Positions 38,161 through 47,091 of a stretch of 64,000 nt of DNA are shown here, in pieces. This stretch comes from a virus (taxonomy: Duplodnaviria > Heunggongvirae > Uroviricota > Caudoviricetes): IMG/VR virus record IMGVR_UViG_3300025133_000025; one strand, 5' to 3'. The notes below the pieces were generated by a model. The model was not told the DNA's origin. It worked only from the letters and a program-made list of their open reading frames with translations, and searched no databases. Numbering within the stretch: position 1 is the first letter of the stretch; the number at the start of each line of letters is the position of its first letter. The translations under genes and the position numbers were made by a program.

Positions 38161-38938
38161 ATTCCATGATGAGTGTTACTCTCTCATCACCCTCGGCAGC
38201 TTCAAGAACTGCCTGCGCTTCACGAACAGTAGAGATAACATGCTCTGTGAGGTTTCCTGACTCAAGTGCACGATTAACGCGATTATCAAGAACCTGCTTA
38301 TATTGATCAAGCTTCTCGTTAAACTTGTCTAATGTGCCCGCGATGCCATGAGTGACAAACGATTCAATTAGCTTTCTATTTGGGCCTGGAAGCTCAGCGT
38401 AACGCTTATTGAAATTAGCTGTCATCATCACTTGAACAAGAGGATCATCGAATTCTTGAAGTAGATCGCTGCCTTCGGCAAGTGGTTGTGTGATGTGGCT
38501 AATTACTGCATTACGCTCAGATACAAGACGCGCTTCTGACAGCATTCCAGACTTGCGTGCAGTAATCAATTGCTGCAGTGAAGCGTACAGCTTATAATCT
38601 GGAATCTTTGTACCCCAGACATCTTGACCATACACACGATTCATCTCATGAATCAATGATGTTTTAACATGGTCAAGGTTTGTTGTTGTTGCGGCCGCAG
38701 CTGCTAAGATACGATCAAGTGTTCTGTCAGCCTGGCTTAAATCAGCAATTCGCATTTCACGAACTATGCTGAATGGAGCATACTCTTCAACAAGCGGAGA
38801 GCCTTTACCAAAGTATCGCTCTAGCATGTTAACACCGACCCGAGCACGCTGCTTGTTGCCATCCATTGTATCGCGCGCAATGTTGTGCACGATTAGATCG
38901 CAAGTTACACCGAGATTTCTCTTCTTGTTGTGCGTCAT
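38105..38938 (-). CDS. Conserved hypothetical prohead-region protein
   Basis: M.HNKKRN.G, K.SLIHEMN, IPDYKLYASL, FN.RY..L; typical of the gene upstream of the prohead protease in large T4-like phages. Confidence 0.7.
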   Translation of the reverse strand: MTHNKKRNLGVTCDLIVHNIARDTMDGNKQRARVGVNMLERYFGKGSPLVEEYAPFSIVREMRIADLSQADRTLDRILAAAAATTTNLDHVKTSLIHEMNRVYGQDVWGTKIPDYKLYASLQQLITARKSGMLSEARLVSERNAVISHITQPLAEGSDLLQEFDDPLVQVMMTANFNKRYAELPGPNRKLIESFVTHGIAGTLDKFNEKLDQYKQVLDNRVNRALESGNLTEHVISTVREAQAVLEAAEGDERVTLIMEYADLSRELEGNDHAINQK

Positions 38939-38999
38939 TTATATTCTCTCACAGGTTCTTCTATAACTATCCTTGGTTTAGTGAACAGTTTAAATTCTC

Positions 39000-39944
39000 T
39001 TATGCATGACTGAAGTCGATTGCATTCACATCAAAGTCGTGCTCAAGATAGTCTTTTACTTTTCTTGGCAGCTTCGGCATGCGCTTTAAGATATGCACCA
39101 TCGTCTTCACAACTTGAAATGCTACAGGGCGATCATTTACGTCGCTGAACTGTGGACCCTGGCCTTCTTCATGCTGTCCGTGATCTTCGTACCATTGACT
39201 ATAATCACCGCCGGAATACAACCCGTAGTCAATATACTGTCCTCGACGAGGGGGCCCGTCAGAAGGAATGGCAAAGTGAAACTGCAGATCCTTCTCTTCA
39301 TCTTTCTTATGCTTGAAGATGATAAGAGGGTCGTCCTCGCTGTGATACTCTTCGTAGTAATTGAGACCCGGCGCTGCTGTGCACCACTTCGTATTTTGCC
39401 CAAGCTTGCAGGCGGCAGCTTTATTCTCAGGGATGAAGATCTGCCACTCGGGCGTTTCTCCGATCAGATTCAAGCCCTCGGCCGCAAGGGTGGGATTAAC
39501 TTTGCCAGCTCTATGGTTCGCTAGCTTGACAACGACATCCTGCATGTCATCCATGAAAGCAGCTACATCGGTATACCGATAGATGTCACGCTCATCAAGT
39601 AGATGATCTAAGCCCGCTTCCTTTGTCTGGTAGAACGTCTCAATGTCACTCACAAGATCGACGTAGATGTCAATTCCGCCGTGCTTCGCGTTCATATGCT
39701 TCCCGAGCTCGCCAGAGATGAAGATGCTGATCGCCCAATTCAGCGCCTCAGCTTTTGATGCCTCCGGAATGTCTTCAGGAACGAGACCCTTGACCATCAC
39801 AACAACTTCACCAGGCGTAGTTTCGAGAGCACCTGGCAGCTTTACATGCTTTTGAATAGCACGCCGGAACTTCTTGCCCTCAAAGCGTTGTTCTACCTGC
39901 TGCATCGTAACTTCGAGCAACAGGTTCGAGATGGTCGGAAACAT
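39000..39944 (-). CDS. Leader-bearing protein with WCT-motif domain (paralog of 18185..19096)
   Basis: MFPTISNLLLE; WQIFIPENKAAACKLGQNTKWCTAAPG. Confidence 0.7.
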   Translation of the reverse strand: MFPTISNLLLEVTMQQVEQRFEGKKFRRAIQKHVKLPGALETTPGEVVVMVKGLVPEDIPEASKAEALNWAISIFISGELGKHMNAKHGGIDIYVDLVSDIETFYQTKEAGLDHLLDERDIYRYTDVAAFMDDMQDVVVKLANHRAGKVNPTLAAEGLNLIGETPEWQIFIPENKAAACKLGQNTKWCTAAPGLNYYEEYHSEDDPLIIFKHKKDEEKDLQFHFAIPSDGPPRRGQYIDYGLYSGGDYSQWYEDHGQHEEGQGPQFSDVNDRPVAFQVVKTMVHILKRMPKLPRKVKDYLEHDFDVNAIDFSHA

Positions 39945-39948
39945 GCCT

Positions 39949-41724
39949 CTATTTGCCCGAAATGTTTAAGCTTTCATCAATACCAAATGCATCATCATCA
40001 TCCAGTTCAAGCTCTTCAATTTGTTGTTCTGGACGGCTTCTGGACAGCTCTGGCATGCCTTTAGCAATACTTTCAAGGAGTGTCGAATGCTTCTTGATTT
40101 GGCGTTCGCCGAGTGATGCTTGTACAAGGCCACCAATATCAACATTAAACATATCGCGATCAACTTCTGGGAATGCAACAGAGTGATTACTTTGGCGGCG
40201 AGGACCAGAGGACTTCCGCTTATCATGCCCAGATAATTCTTCAAGCTCAGAATCGTCGTAGATGTGACCATCAGTTAAGCTGACTGCTTCCTCTTCCTTC
40301 TTAGGCTTCTCTTCAGGCTTTACTTCCTCAGGATTCTCTTTCTCATCCTGAGGAGCTTCCATACTTTCAAGCTCAAGCTCAAACATCCTATCATCCTTTA
40401 AACGATTTTGAATTCCTTCCTGCACATTGCGGGGGATGAAGAAGATATTATCATACTGCCACTGCTTGTCAAAGAGTCCTTCACCGGCCTGGCCAGCAAC
40501 TTCCATCTTTGTCCTGAGGAGTTCAAGTTGCTGCATCTCGTAAATCTTTGACGGGGACGTCATGTCAATTTCAAAATTGAAGAGGGCGTCGCCTGTGTAC
40601 CCAAGGATGAAAAGGTGAATGATTGCAATTCGTGTTAATTCACTAATAATGCTTCGTTGGATTCTGCCAATTGTTCTGCCGAAGCGAATATCTTCCTGGG
40701 CAAGTGTTGACTTTGCACCTAGATCTTCTTCATAGCCAAGGTAACTCTTTGGAATCTTGAGTGCCGCAAACAACTTGCTTTGAATGTATTGCACATCTTC
40801 AATATCACCTGTGAACTGGCCTCCAGGGAGTGTTTCAATTCGTGATGATTTATCGCCGCGGACAGGAACAAAGTAATCCTCATCTACGGAAAGTGGGTTG
40901 TAGCGCAGATCAACGCGCCCAGTTGAACTGTCGACAACCTGTGAACGCTTAAGGGCTGACTTTGCGCGCTCCATAAATGCCGGAACCTTCTCAGGCTCAA
41001 CATTTCCTACGTCAATATAGAAGACACGGCGCTCAGGTGAGCGGATGATACGATAGACAAGCATGGCATCTTCAATGAGAAGAAGCTGGCGCCAGATGCG
41101 GCGGGCAGGTTCAATTACTGACGTACCATAGGGAAGGAACACATCATTACCAAGAACGCGGAAGTGCGCAACCTGCCACGGCTGCAGCACACGGTTTCCC
41201 ATCGTTACCCAACGGAAACGATATGCAAATGGATCCTTGGGATCGTAGCCTTCTTCACGCTCAATTTCATTAATTGGAATTGGAACAGCTTGCAAGAGAC
41301 CGTTGTGCTCGTTCACATCAAGGTACAGCATCTGATCGCCGTACTTGCACATATTACGAGTCCAACCCCAAAGCTGGAAGTCGAGGTTCAGAATGTCACC
41401 GAAAAGCTGTTCGAGGATCAGGCGAATATCTTCATCTTGAGACTTAATCTGGATGATTCTGCCGTGAGGATCTGGAACGCATGTTTCATCAGCGTAGATG
41501 TCAAGACCTGAAGCAAGCTCCGGCGTCATCTCCATCTCGGCATAGTCGTTGTAGCGCGCCATTCGTTCAATTTGGCCTACGTTCGAAACTGTACTGTACG
41601 TGTTGTATGATAGAGAGCTAAAGCCGGAAGAATCAGACGGTTGGTACGGAAGGCGCTGGATCCTGTGGCGAACCACTGGTCCAGACTTAAAGAGCCTGGT
41701 CAATTGTTTGAAAACGTCAGCCAC
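39949..41724 (-). CDS. Portal protein (T4 gp20-like)
   Basis: LDIYADE, RNMCKYGD, LIEDAMLVYRIIRSPERRVFYIDVGN, EDYFVPVRG, IETLPGG, AALKIPKSYL. Confidence 0.97.
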   Translation of the reverse strand: MADVFKQLTRLFKSGPVVRHRIQRLPYQPSDSSGFSSLSYNTYSTVSNVGQIERMARYNDYAEMEMTPELASGLDIYADETCVPDPHGRIIQIKSQDEDIRLILEQLFGDILNLDFQLWGWTRNMCKYGDQMLYLDVNEHNGLLQAVPIPINEIEREEGYDPKDPFAYRFRWVTMGNRVLQPWQVAHFRVLGNDVFLPYGTSVIEPARRIWRQLLLIEDAMLVYRIIRSPERRVFYIDVGNVEPEKVPAFMERAKSALKRSQVVDSSTGRVDLRYNPLSVDEDYFVPVRGDKSSRIETLPGGQFTGDIEDVQYIQSKLFAALKIPKSYLGYEEDLGAKSTLAQEDIRFGRTIGRIQRSIISELTRIAIIHLFILGYTGDALFNFEIDMTSPSKIYEMQQLELLRTKMEVAGQAGEGLFDKQWQYDNIFFIPRNVQEGIQNRLKDDRMFELELESMEAPQDEKENPEEVKPEEKPKKEEEAVSLTDGHIYDDSELEELSGHDKRKSSGPRRQSNHSVAFPEVDRDMFNVDIGGLVQASLGERQIKKHSTLLESIAKGMPELSRSRPEQQIEELELDDDDAFGIDESLNISGK

Positions 41725-41805
41725 TGTTTGTTACCTTCATTCTGTTGCAATCAAACTTGATTGCTAATTGTAAATAGATTATACTTCTTTATTTGCCCGC
41801 AGTAA

Positions 41806-42234
41806 TCAATCAAAATCAAGTTCATCTTCAACTTCGCGCCCAATATCACTTGCACTTTTTGCAAAGTTAAAATCTCTTCGCAGAATATCAATAGCAGCCT
41901 TCATGTCATACTGTGATTTTGCAAATGTTGCATACATCTTTAAAAAATAAAAGACCTCTTCTATTTCTTCACCATCACGTACTGCTTCAATTAAGTTCTC
42001 TATTCCATCAATGAGATCAACATCATTATCACGATATTTTGAATCTGGAAAATCAAGTGTAAACATGCCGTGCGTTAATCTTTTTACAAGCATAAGGAGC
42101 TGCTCAAGCTCTTGAATAACAATGCTAGGATCTCTTCTTATTTTTTCTGCTACTTTATTAATCGCACTTTCAACGTGGCGGGCGCTAAACTCGTCAACTA
42201 CTTCTGTCAGTTTTTGTATTGTTGGAAACTTCAC
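41806..42234 (-). CDS. Leader-bearing hypothetical protein
   Basis: GTG start overlapping the upstream stop; MKFPTIQKLTE; helical and acidic. Confidence 0.65.
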   Translation of the reverse strand: MKFPTIQKLTEVVDEFSARHVESAINKVAEKIRRDPSIVIQELEQLLMLVKRLTHGMFTLDFPDSKYRDNDVDLIDGIENLIEAVRDGEEIEEVFYFLKMYATFAKSQYDMKAAIDILRRDFNFAKSASDIGREVEDELDFD

Positions 42235-43363
42235 TTTATATCCCCTGAATCAGATGGGCGCTTTACACCTAACCTACTTCTGATATAGTACACATTTGCA
42301 AAACGCACGCCCATTTGCTCTGCAACTTCTTTGTCTGTCAATGTTTCGTCAAGCATGCGTGGATCATTTACAAGCTTACTTGTTTTTCCGAGGGGCTTCT
42401 TGATTGGTGGTCTCTTAACTTTTAACATATCACGCTTATAAAAGACTGTTGCAAGCGGAAGACCAATCTCTATTGACACTTCTTCGTCAGATAGATCTTC
42501 ATCTGTTAGAAAATCATCATCGTCATCAAAGATATCGATAATTTCGCTTGGCTCTTTTGGCTGTCTTGCACGGGGGCCGGCATGGCCAAATTCAATTCCC
42601 AGCTTTCTGCGGCGTGCCCTTACGCGGCTAAGTGTAATTGTGTCAAGCTCGCCTGGAAATCTAGTGCGTAATTTTGCAATTACCTCAGCATGCCCTACAA
42701 GTTTATCTTTAAGAATTGAATCATTAAACCACTTAGGAGTATATGGCTTAAAACCTGCTGCTTTTCGTAAATTCTTGATTGTTGCAGGTGCTACGTCATA
42801 CTTGGCTGCAAGCTCAACTGCACTTACCCTTCCATTCATAAAGTGAGGATCTGCCTTAAGCTTCTTATGGAATGCAACAATCTCTTTTCTGCTCATTCGC
42901 CTAGGCTCAATACCTAATTCTTTACGATAGATACTAACTCTTGATGCATCAATGCCATACCTTTGTCCGAGTTCTTTATTAGTAATATCACGATTTCTAA
43001 TATCTGGATCATTCTTAAGAATTGGTCCCATTGAACTCTTAAAGCCTTTAACACCTAACCTCTGTCGAATTCTTAAAACTGTAGCAGAATTAATACCATA
43101 GCGAGCTGCAATTGTCTTATGCATGACATTCTTGTCATAGATATCCGGATCTTTTCTAAGCTTGGCTATTACACCTGGGCCACCTCTTTTAAGGGGAGCA
43201 AGACCTGCAGCACGGCGATACTTCGAAACACTAGATAAATCCATGTTGTATCTATTTGCCAGCTCTTTGTGTGAAACGTCTGGATTTAAAAAGTCAGGAT
43301 CAGCTTGGACCTTTTCTTTCTTTGAAGCCTCAAGCAGCAATTTTTGTATTGTTGGAAACTTCA
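42211..43363. repeat. 23-bp exact direct repeat encoding the leader (42211-42233 and 43341-43363); 16 bp of it recur at 8551-8566
   Basis: TTTTTGTATTGTTGGAAACTTCA at both sites, 1130 bp apart; ATTGTTGGAAACTTCA also at 8551. Confidence 0.9.
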
Positions 43364-43364
43364 T
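42231..43364 (-). CDS. Leader-bearing tandem helix-turn-helix repeat protein
   Basis: MKFPTIQKLLLE followed by about 6-7 repeats of DP....vshkeLA.rY.....tV...R...G. Confidence 0.75.
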   Translation of the reverse strand: MKFPTIQKLLLEASKKEKVQADPDFLNPDVSHKELANRYNMDLSSVSKYRRAAGLAPLKRGGPGVIAKLRKDPDIYDKNVMHKTIAARYGINSATVLRIRQRLGVKGFKSSMGPILKNDPDIRNRDITNKELGQRYGIDASRVSIYRKELGIEPRRMSRKEIVAFHKKLKADPHFMNGRVSAVELAAKYDVAPATIKNLRKAAGFKPYTPKWFNDSILKDKLVGHAEVIAKLRTRFPGELDTITLSRVRARRRKLGIEFGHAGPRARQPKEPSEIIDIFDDDDDFLTDEDLSDEEVSIEIGLPLATVFYKRDMLKVKRPPIKKPLGKTSKLVNDPRMLDETLTDKEVAEQMGVRFANVYYIRSRLGVKRPSDSGDIK

Positions 43365-43373
43365 AATCAGCCC

Positions 43374-43676
43374 TCATCCAATCAACCACGAAAAGTCGAC
43401 ATCAAATTTCTCGCCGTATACGCTCTTAGTCTTCAAGTGACTTTGTGATGGCTTTCTTGGAGCAAATTCATCAGCTTTATAACCTGTCACATCCTGAATG
43501 GTATTCGTCGACAGCGTCATGCCTGCCAGCATTCCTTCAACTTCACGGCTATCGTTAATTAGCACAATTCTATCCCTCAACCACAAGGTTTGTGAATAAG
43601 CTACGATTAAGTCATCATGATAGCCGCGCATGTGCTGCGGTTTGTTGTTGAGCCAAATGAACGTTTCAGTTCTTCA
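43374..43676 (-). pseudogene. Diverged duplicate of the terminase 3' end
   Basis: Aligns with 44819-45115 (offset 1438-1439); encodes the same C-terminal ~100 aa with many synonymous changes and a 1-nt deletion (AAACG vs AAGACG) near its 5' edge. Confidence 0.9.
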
Positions 43677-43744
43677 GTCTGGTGTACACCAACGTAGATC
43701 TTTCCATTGACAGTGTTGGTAGTCTGGTAGACGAGGTAGTGCAT
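43677..43744 (-). pseudogene. N-terminal fragment of a GIY-YIG (Seg-like) homing endonuclease
   Basis: MHYLVYQTTNTVNGKIYVGVHQT, TGATG-coupled to the upstream gene, then abruptly joined to the terminase duplicate. Confidence 0.8.
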
Positions 43745-44778
43745 CAAGCGTTTTCCCAAGCAAACTCTTCTGTGTGGTTCTGTTCGCAAGCCTGCATAAA
43801 TGCGTCAAGTGTTGGGGTACTGCTCATGTTCGTAAGAAACTGCTCCTCTGTTAACCACCACGCTGGAATTGAACTATCAGCAGTACCCCAGCCAACATCT
43901 TCGCCAGCTGCGATTGCGTTCTTTGCAGCAGCTACATCCTGCTCTGGAAGCTTGTAGCTCATGTGATCGATAACAATGAACCACGTCAATTCTTCAGCAT
44001 TTTCTTGCATCAATTCTTCAACATCACGAAAAAATGCGTCTGTGATCAGAGTGATAACTTCACCCTCATCAAGCTGCACACCAAACGCAGCATATAGTGC
44101 TTGGAACAAACCCGTGAACGCTTTCTGGCTTTTGGCCCAGGAAGCTGCATCTGGTGCTGGAAAGTCGTCAAACTTTCCAGAGACCACTAGCTGCTGCAAT
44201 TTTTTTATAAAGGCCGCAGTCGGCGGGAGGATGTCGGCTTTTCTATTGGCTAAGCCCGGGCGCTTCCTTGAATAAACAGTTTCTTCATCGTCAGAATAAC
44301 CAAGGTGCTTCGCAGGCGCTTCTTTGCCCAGCATCTGCAGATTCGCATCTTCAATCGTACTGGCCAGCAACTCCATAAATTGCTGATCCTGCTCTTTAAT
44401 ACTGCTGATCACGTACACGTACGCTTGCTCTGGAATTTGTTTATAGTATGAATGGAAAACTTGGGGAGTTCCCGGCGTTTCAGTCACAGTCACAATTGAA
44501 GTCCACATCTTTTTATAATCACTTGTCCAGCCCGGAAAGTAATCAATAAACAGCTTGCTGTACTTAAAAGCGTGTAAATCATGATCTTCTACGTTAGCAT
44601 ACACTGCCCGCTTTTGCACACCCACTCGGCTGCGCATAGGCCCAGTGTTAACATGCTCACCAGAAACGGGGGGGTGCTGTGTTACTCCGCTGGCGCGATA
44701 ACGTGAAACAAACTGCCGCAGTGTGAAATCAACCTGTGTGGCTTCTAGTAGCATTCTCATCGTTGGTAAATATTTCAT
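43744..44778 (-). CDS. Leader-bearing hypothetical protein
   Basis: MKYLPTMRMLLE; SD GGAGG; lies between the two terminase-end copies. Confidence 0.7.
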   Translation of the reverse strand: MKYLPTMRMLLEATQVDFTLRQFVSRYRASGVTQHPPVSGEHVNTGPMRSRVGVQKRAVYANVEDHDLHAFKYSKLFIDYFPGWTSDYKKMWTSIVTVTETPGTPQVFHSYYKQIPEQAYVYVISSIKEQDQQFMELLASTIEDANLQMLGKEAPAKHLGYSDDEETVYSRKRPGLANRKADILPPTAAFIKKLQQLVVSGKFDDFPAPDAASWAKSQKAFTGLFQALYAAFGVQLDEGEVITLITDAFFRDVEELMQENAEELTWFIVIDHMSYKLPEQDVAAAKNAIAAGEDVGWGTADSSIPAWWLTEEQFLTNMSSTPTLDAFMQACEQNHTEEFAWENA

Positions 44779-44805
44779 GCAATCCTCCGAAATCCTCGAC
44801 TATGC

Positions 44806-46500
44806 TCAGCCAGTCGAGATAAGCCATGAAAAGTCGATATCGAATTTTTCCCCATATACACTCTTGCGCTTCAACTGCGCTTGTGATGGCTTCTGTGGGG
44901 CAAACTCATCTGACTTATAGCCTGTCATGTCAGTAACAGTATTAGTTTCGAGTGTCATTCCGGCCAGCATTCCTTCGACTTCTCTTGAATCATTAATTAA
45001 TACAATTCTATCACGCAGCCACAAGGTTTGGGAATAAGCTACGATTAAATCATCATGGTAGCCCCGCATGTGCTGGGGTTTGTTGTTGAGCCAAATGAAC
45101 GTCTTCAGTTCTTCAAGCAGTCTTGGCGGGAGCTTAGGAACAATTTCATTTTCTTCATCATCCCCCGATTCAATCCACTCTTGCATGCGTGCAACAATAA
45201 GAGGACGCACCGTTGAAGACATTGTGAAGCCTGGAACAAGGTCTTTTCGGTGTGTCCCATACTTCACAAGAACATGCTCGGCAGGCTTGCCTTTGACTGT
45301 ATAAATAAGGGCAGGATAACGCAGTTCTTCAAGCTTCTCAACAGTTGTCCAGCCAATCCCTGTGTTCTCAACAGAGATTGCACAGCCACCATACTCATGC
45401 CCAATATCATATAGGAGGTGCCCAAATGTTGTTGGCTTCAATCTACCCTTGAAATCAGCAACAACCTGTCCCATCTCAGCATCAAGAATGGAAAATGATG
45501 AATAATCTTCTCCGTCACCTCTGGCGACATCAGAGCCAATTACATACTTATGCCCTGGCTTATATGTTTCGTAAACCCAAATCCTGCCGTCACGGCCTTC
45601 TGTATGCCACTTATCAATTGCGTGTGCTTGTAGGACTTCAAGTCTTTGACCAGAAATAACTGTATCACCTGAAAATAGGAAGTTGCACTCATATTCCTGT
45701 GCAATCTTCTTCTTGGAGAAGTTGCGGGTCTCCGTCTTGAACCATTCTTCATCACGATCAGGATGTTCATGCCACATAAGTGGCCGAAGCGCAACGAAAT
45801 CATTTCTGCCCGCCACACAATCTTCGTACATCTTGTGGAACATGCCACCGACGCCGAAGGGAGTGCTGAACACAATGGCTCGACCACCTGTTGAAATTGT
45901 TGGGTATGCTGACGTCCAGATTGTGTCGAGATTTGGAATCTTTGCCGCCTCATCGATAACAAGAAGTGACGTCGATTCAGAGGTGCCCGCATTGTCTGTG
46001 GGTGCCATGGCCTTAACAGTTGAACCGTTTGGCAACTCGATTGTGTGAACGTTATCTGCTACGAGCTTGACATCACCCCGACGCTTCTTATCGTCATAAG
46101 AGATGCCAAAGGCGCGCTTGAATTCATATGGCAGTGCCTTCAGCGCGTACTTGATCTTACGAATAAGACCCTTAGCAGCTGCGGCATCCTTAGAGATAAT
46201 AATGACAACTTGGTCACGCTTGAACAGCATGAGCCATGTGACGTACATTGCAAGCAGCGTTGAAAAGCCAAGCTGGCGTGCCTTCAGGATGATAGCAAAG
46301 CGGTTCTCATCGAACAGCTGTGTGGCTTCTTCCTGGAATTTGAACATGTCAAAGCGGATCTTACCTCGCACTGGATGCGAGATGTACCCGTACTTCTTCA
46401 TGAAATAGATGGCTCCTGCGCTGTCATACGCATCACCCTCAGCCGGTTGTCTTGTGCACCGACGAAGCTCCTCTGTCAGGACCTTCTTAGTGAATGCCAT
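44806..46500 (-). CDS. terL: Terminase large subunit (T4 gp17-like)
   Basis: ILKARQLGFST (Walker A), LLVIDEAA (Walker B), STPFG, QEYECNF, GSDVARGDGEDYSSF, RGYHDDLIVA. Confidence 0.97.
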   Translation of the reverse strand: MAFTKKVLTEELRRCTRQPAEGDAYDSAGAIYFMKKYGYISHPVRGKIRFDMFKFQEEATQLFDENRFAIILKARQLGFSTLLAMYVTWLMLFKRDQVVIIISKDAAAAKGLIRKIKYALKALPYEFKRAFGISYDDKKRRGDVKLVADNVHTIELPNGSTVKAMAPTDNAGTSESTSLLVIDEAAKIPNLDTIWTSAYPTISTGGRAIVFSTPFGVGGMFHKMYEDCVAGRNDFVALRPLMWHEHPDRDEEWFKTETRNFSKKKIAQEYECNFLFSGDTVISGQRLEVLQAHAIDKWHTEGRDGRIWVYETYKPGHKYVIGSDVARGDGEDYSSFSILDAEMGQVVADFKGRLKPTTFGHLLYDIGHEYGGCAISVENTGIGWTTVEKLEELRYPALIYTVKGKPAEHVLVKYGTHRKDLVPGFTMSSTVRPLIVARMQEWIESGDDEENEIVPKLPPRLLEELKTFIWLNNKPQHMRGYHDDLIVAYSQTLWLRDRIVLINDSREVEGMLAGMTLETNTVTDMTGYKSDEFAPQKPSQAQLKRKSVYGEKFDIDFSWLISTG

Positions 46501-46647
46501 TCTTAAAAAGCCCCTTTAGAAATTGATCCACTTCACTAGGCATATCTGGCAGCTCATTCGCGTAATGTGCTATATTGTAAACTGTCATATTTTCCCCCAC
46601 CAACATTTAAAATTTCAGGAACTTTGACGCGCAGGCTTTCATTATTA

Positions 46648-47091
46648 TTAGCCTCTACTAGATGTAAAATTGTCGGAAGCATGTTCTTGTCTCTCTAGCT
46701 CAAATCTCTTTAGCAATTGGTCTCTAATGAAAGGTTCCTTACTTAGAATCCACGCGCGTGTAGTTTCACGCTTTTCTTTTACAGCTGGAAGAAGCTCACC
46801 AGCTGGAAGGTTTTGAAGATCTGGATCTCCATCTACCCACAGTGTTACGCATGTTGAGCAAATCCCCCACTTATTAATGTCGGATTTGGTCGTCTTTCTC
46901 TGCGCAGTCGGGATGCGCTTGCAGCAGTCACAAGTGTTGCTAATCTTTACAGAGTCACCAGCAGCAGCTCGTGCAGCAGCAAGATTCTTACTAATCCAAT
47001 AGCCTTTTTCGACGTTTGGCTGGCCTGGGACGTGACCTGTCTTTATCCAAACCATCCCTGTGCGTTCAGCACGTTCTTCGCGCTCATACAT
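46648..47091 (-). CDS. Hypothetical Zn-finger protein
   Basis: CDCC...CSTC pairs; conserved position upstream of terminase. Confidence 0.6.
   Translation of the reverse strand: MYEREERAERTGMVWIKTGHVPGQPNVEKGYWISKNLAAARAAAGDSVKISNTCDCCKRIPTAQRKTTKSDINKWGICSTCVTLWVDGDPDLQNLPAGELLPAVKEKRETTRAWILSKEPFIRDQLLKRFELERQEHASDNFTSSRG

Noticed and set aside
43607-43744. Programmed frameshift producing a GIY-terminase-tail fusion protein
   Set aside because: The junction lacks a recognisable slippery heptamer and both parts are catalytically incomplete; a recombination scar is more parsimonious.
29644-46500. Inteins or introns in terminase, portal or capsid
   Set aside because: No intein boundary motifs (C/S start, HN end) or LAGLIDADG/HNH signatures; terminase and portal motifs are contiguous.
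411-46581. Identical 11-mer TATATTGTAAA upstream of helicase (411) and terminase (46571)
   Set aside because: Two AT-rich copies could arise by chance and no convincing -35 element was found.
46487-46588. 33-aa ORF MTVYNIAHYANELPDMPSEVDQFLKGLFKNGIH overlapping the terminase start
   Set aside because: It has a G-rich SD-like stretch but no motif, no leader and no other support.
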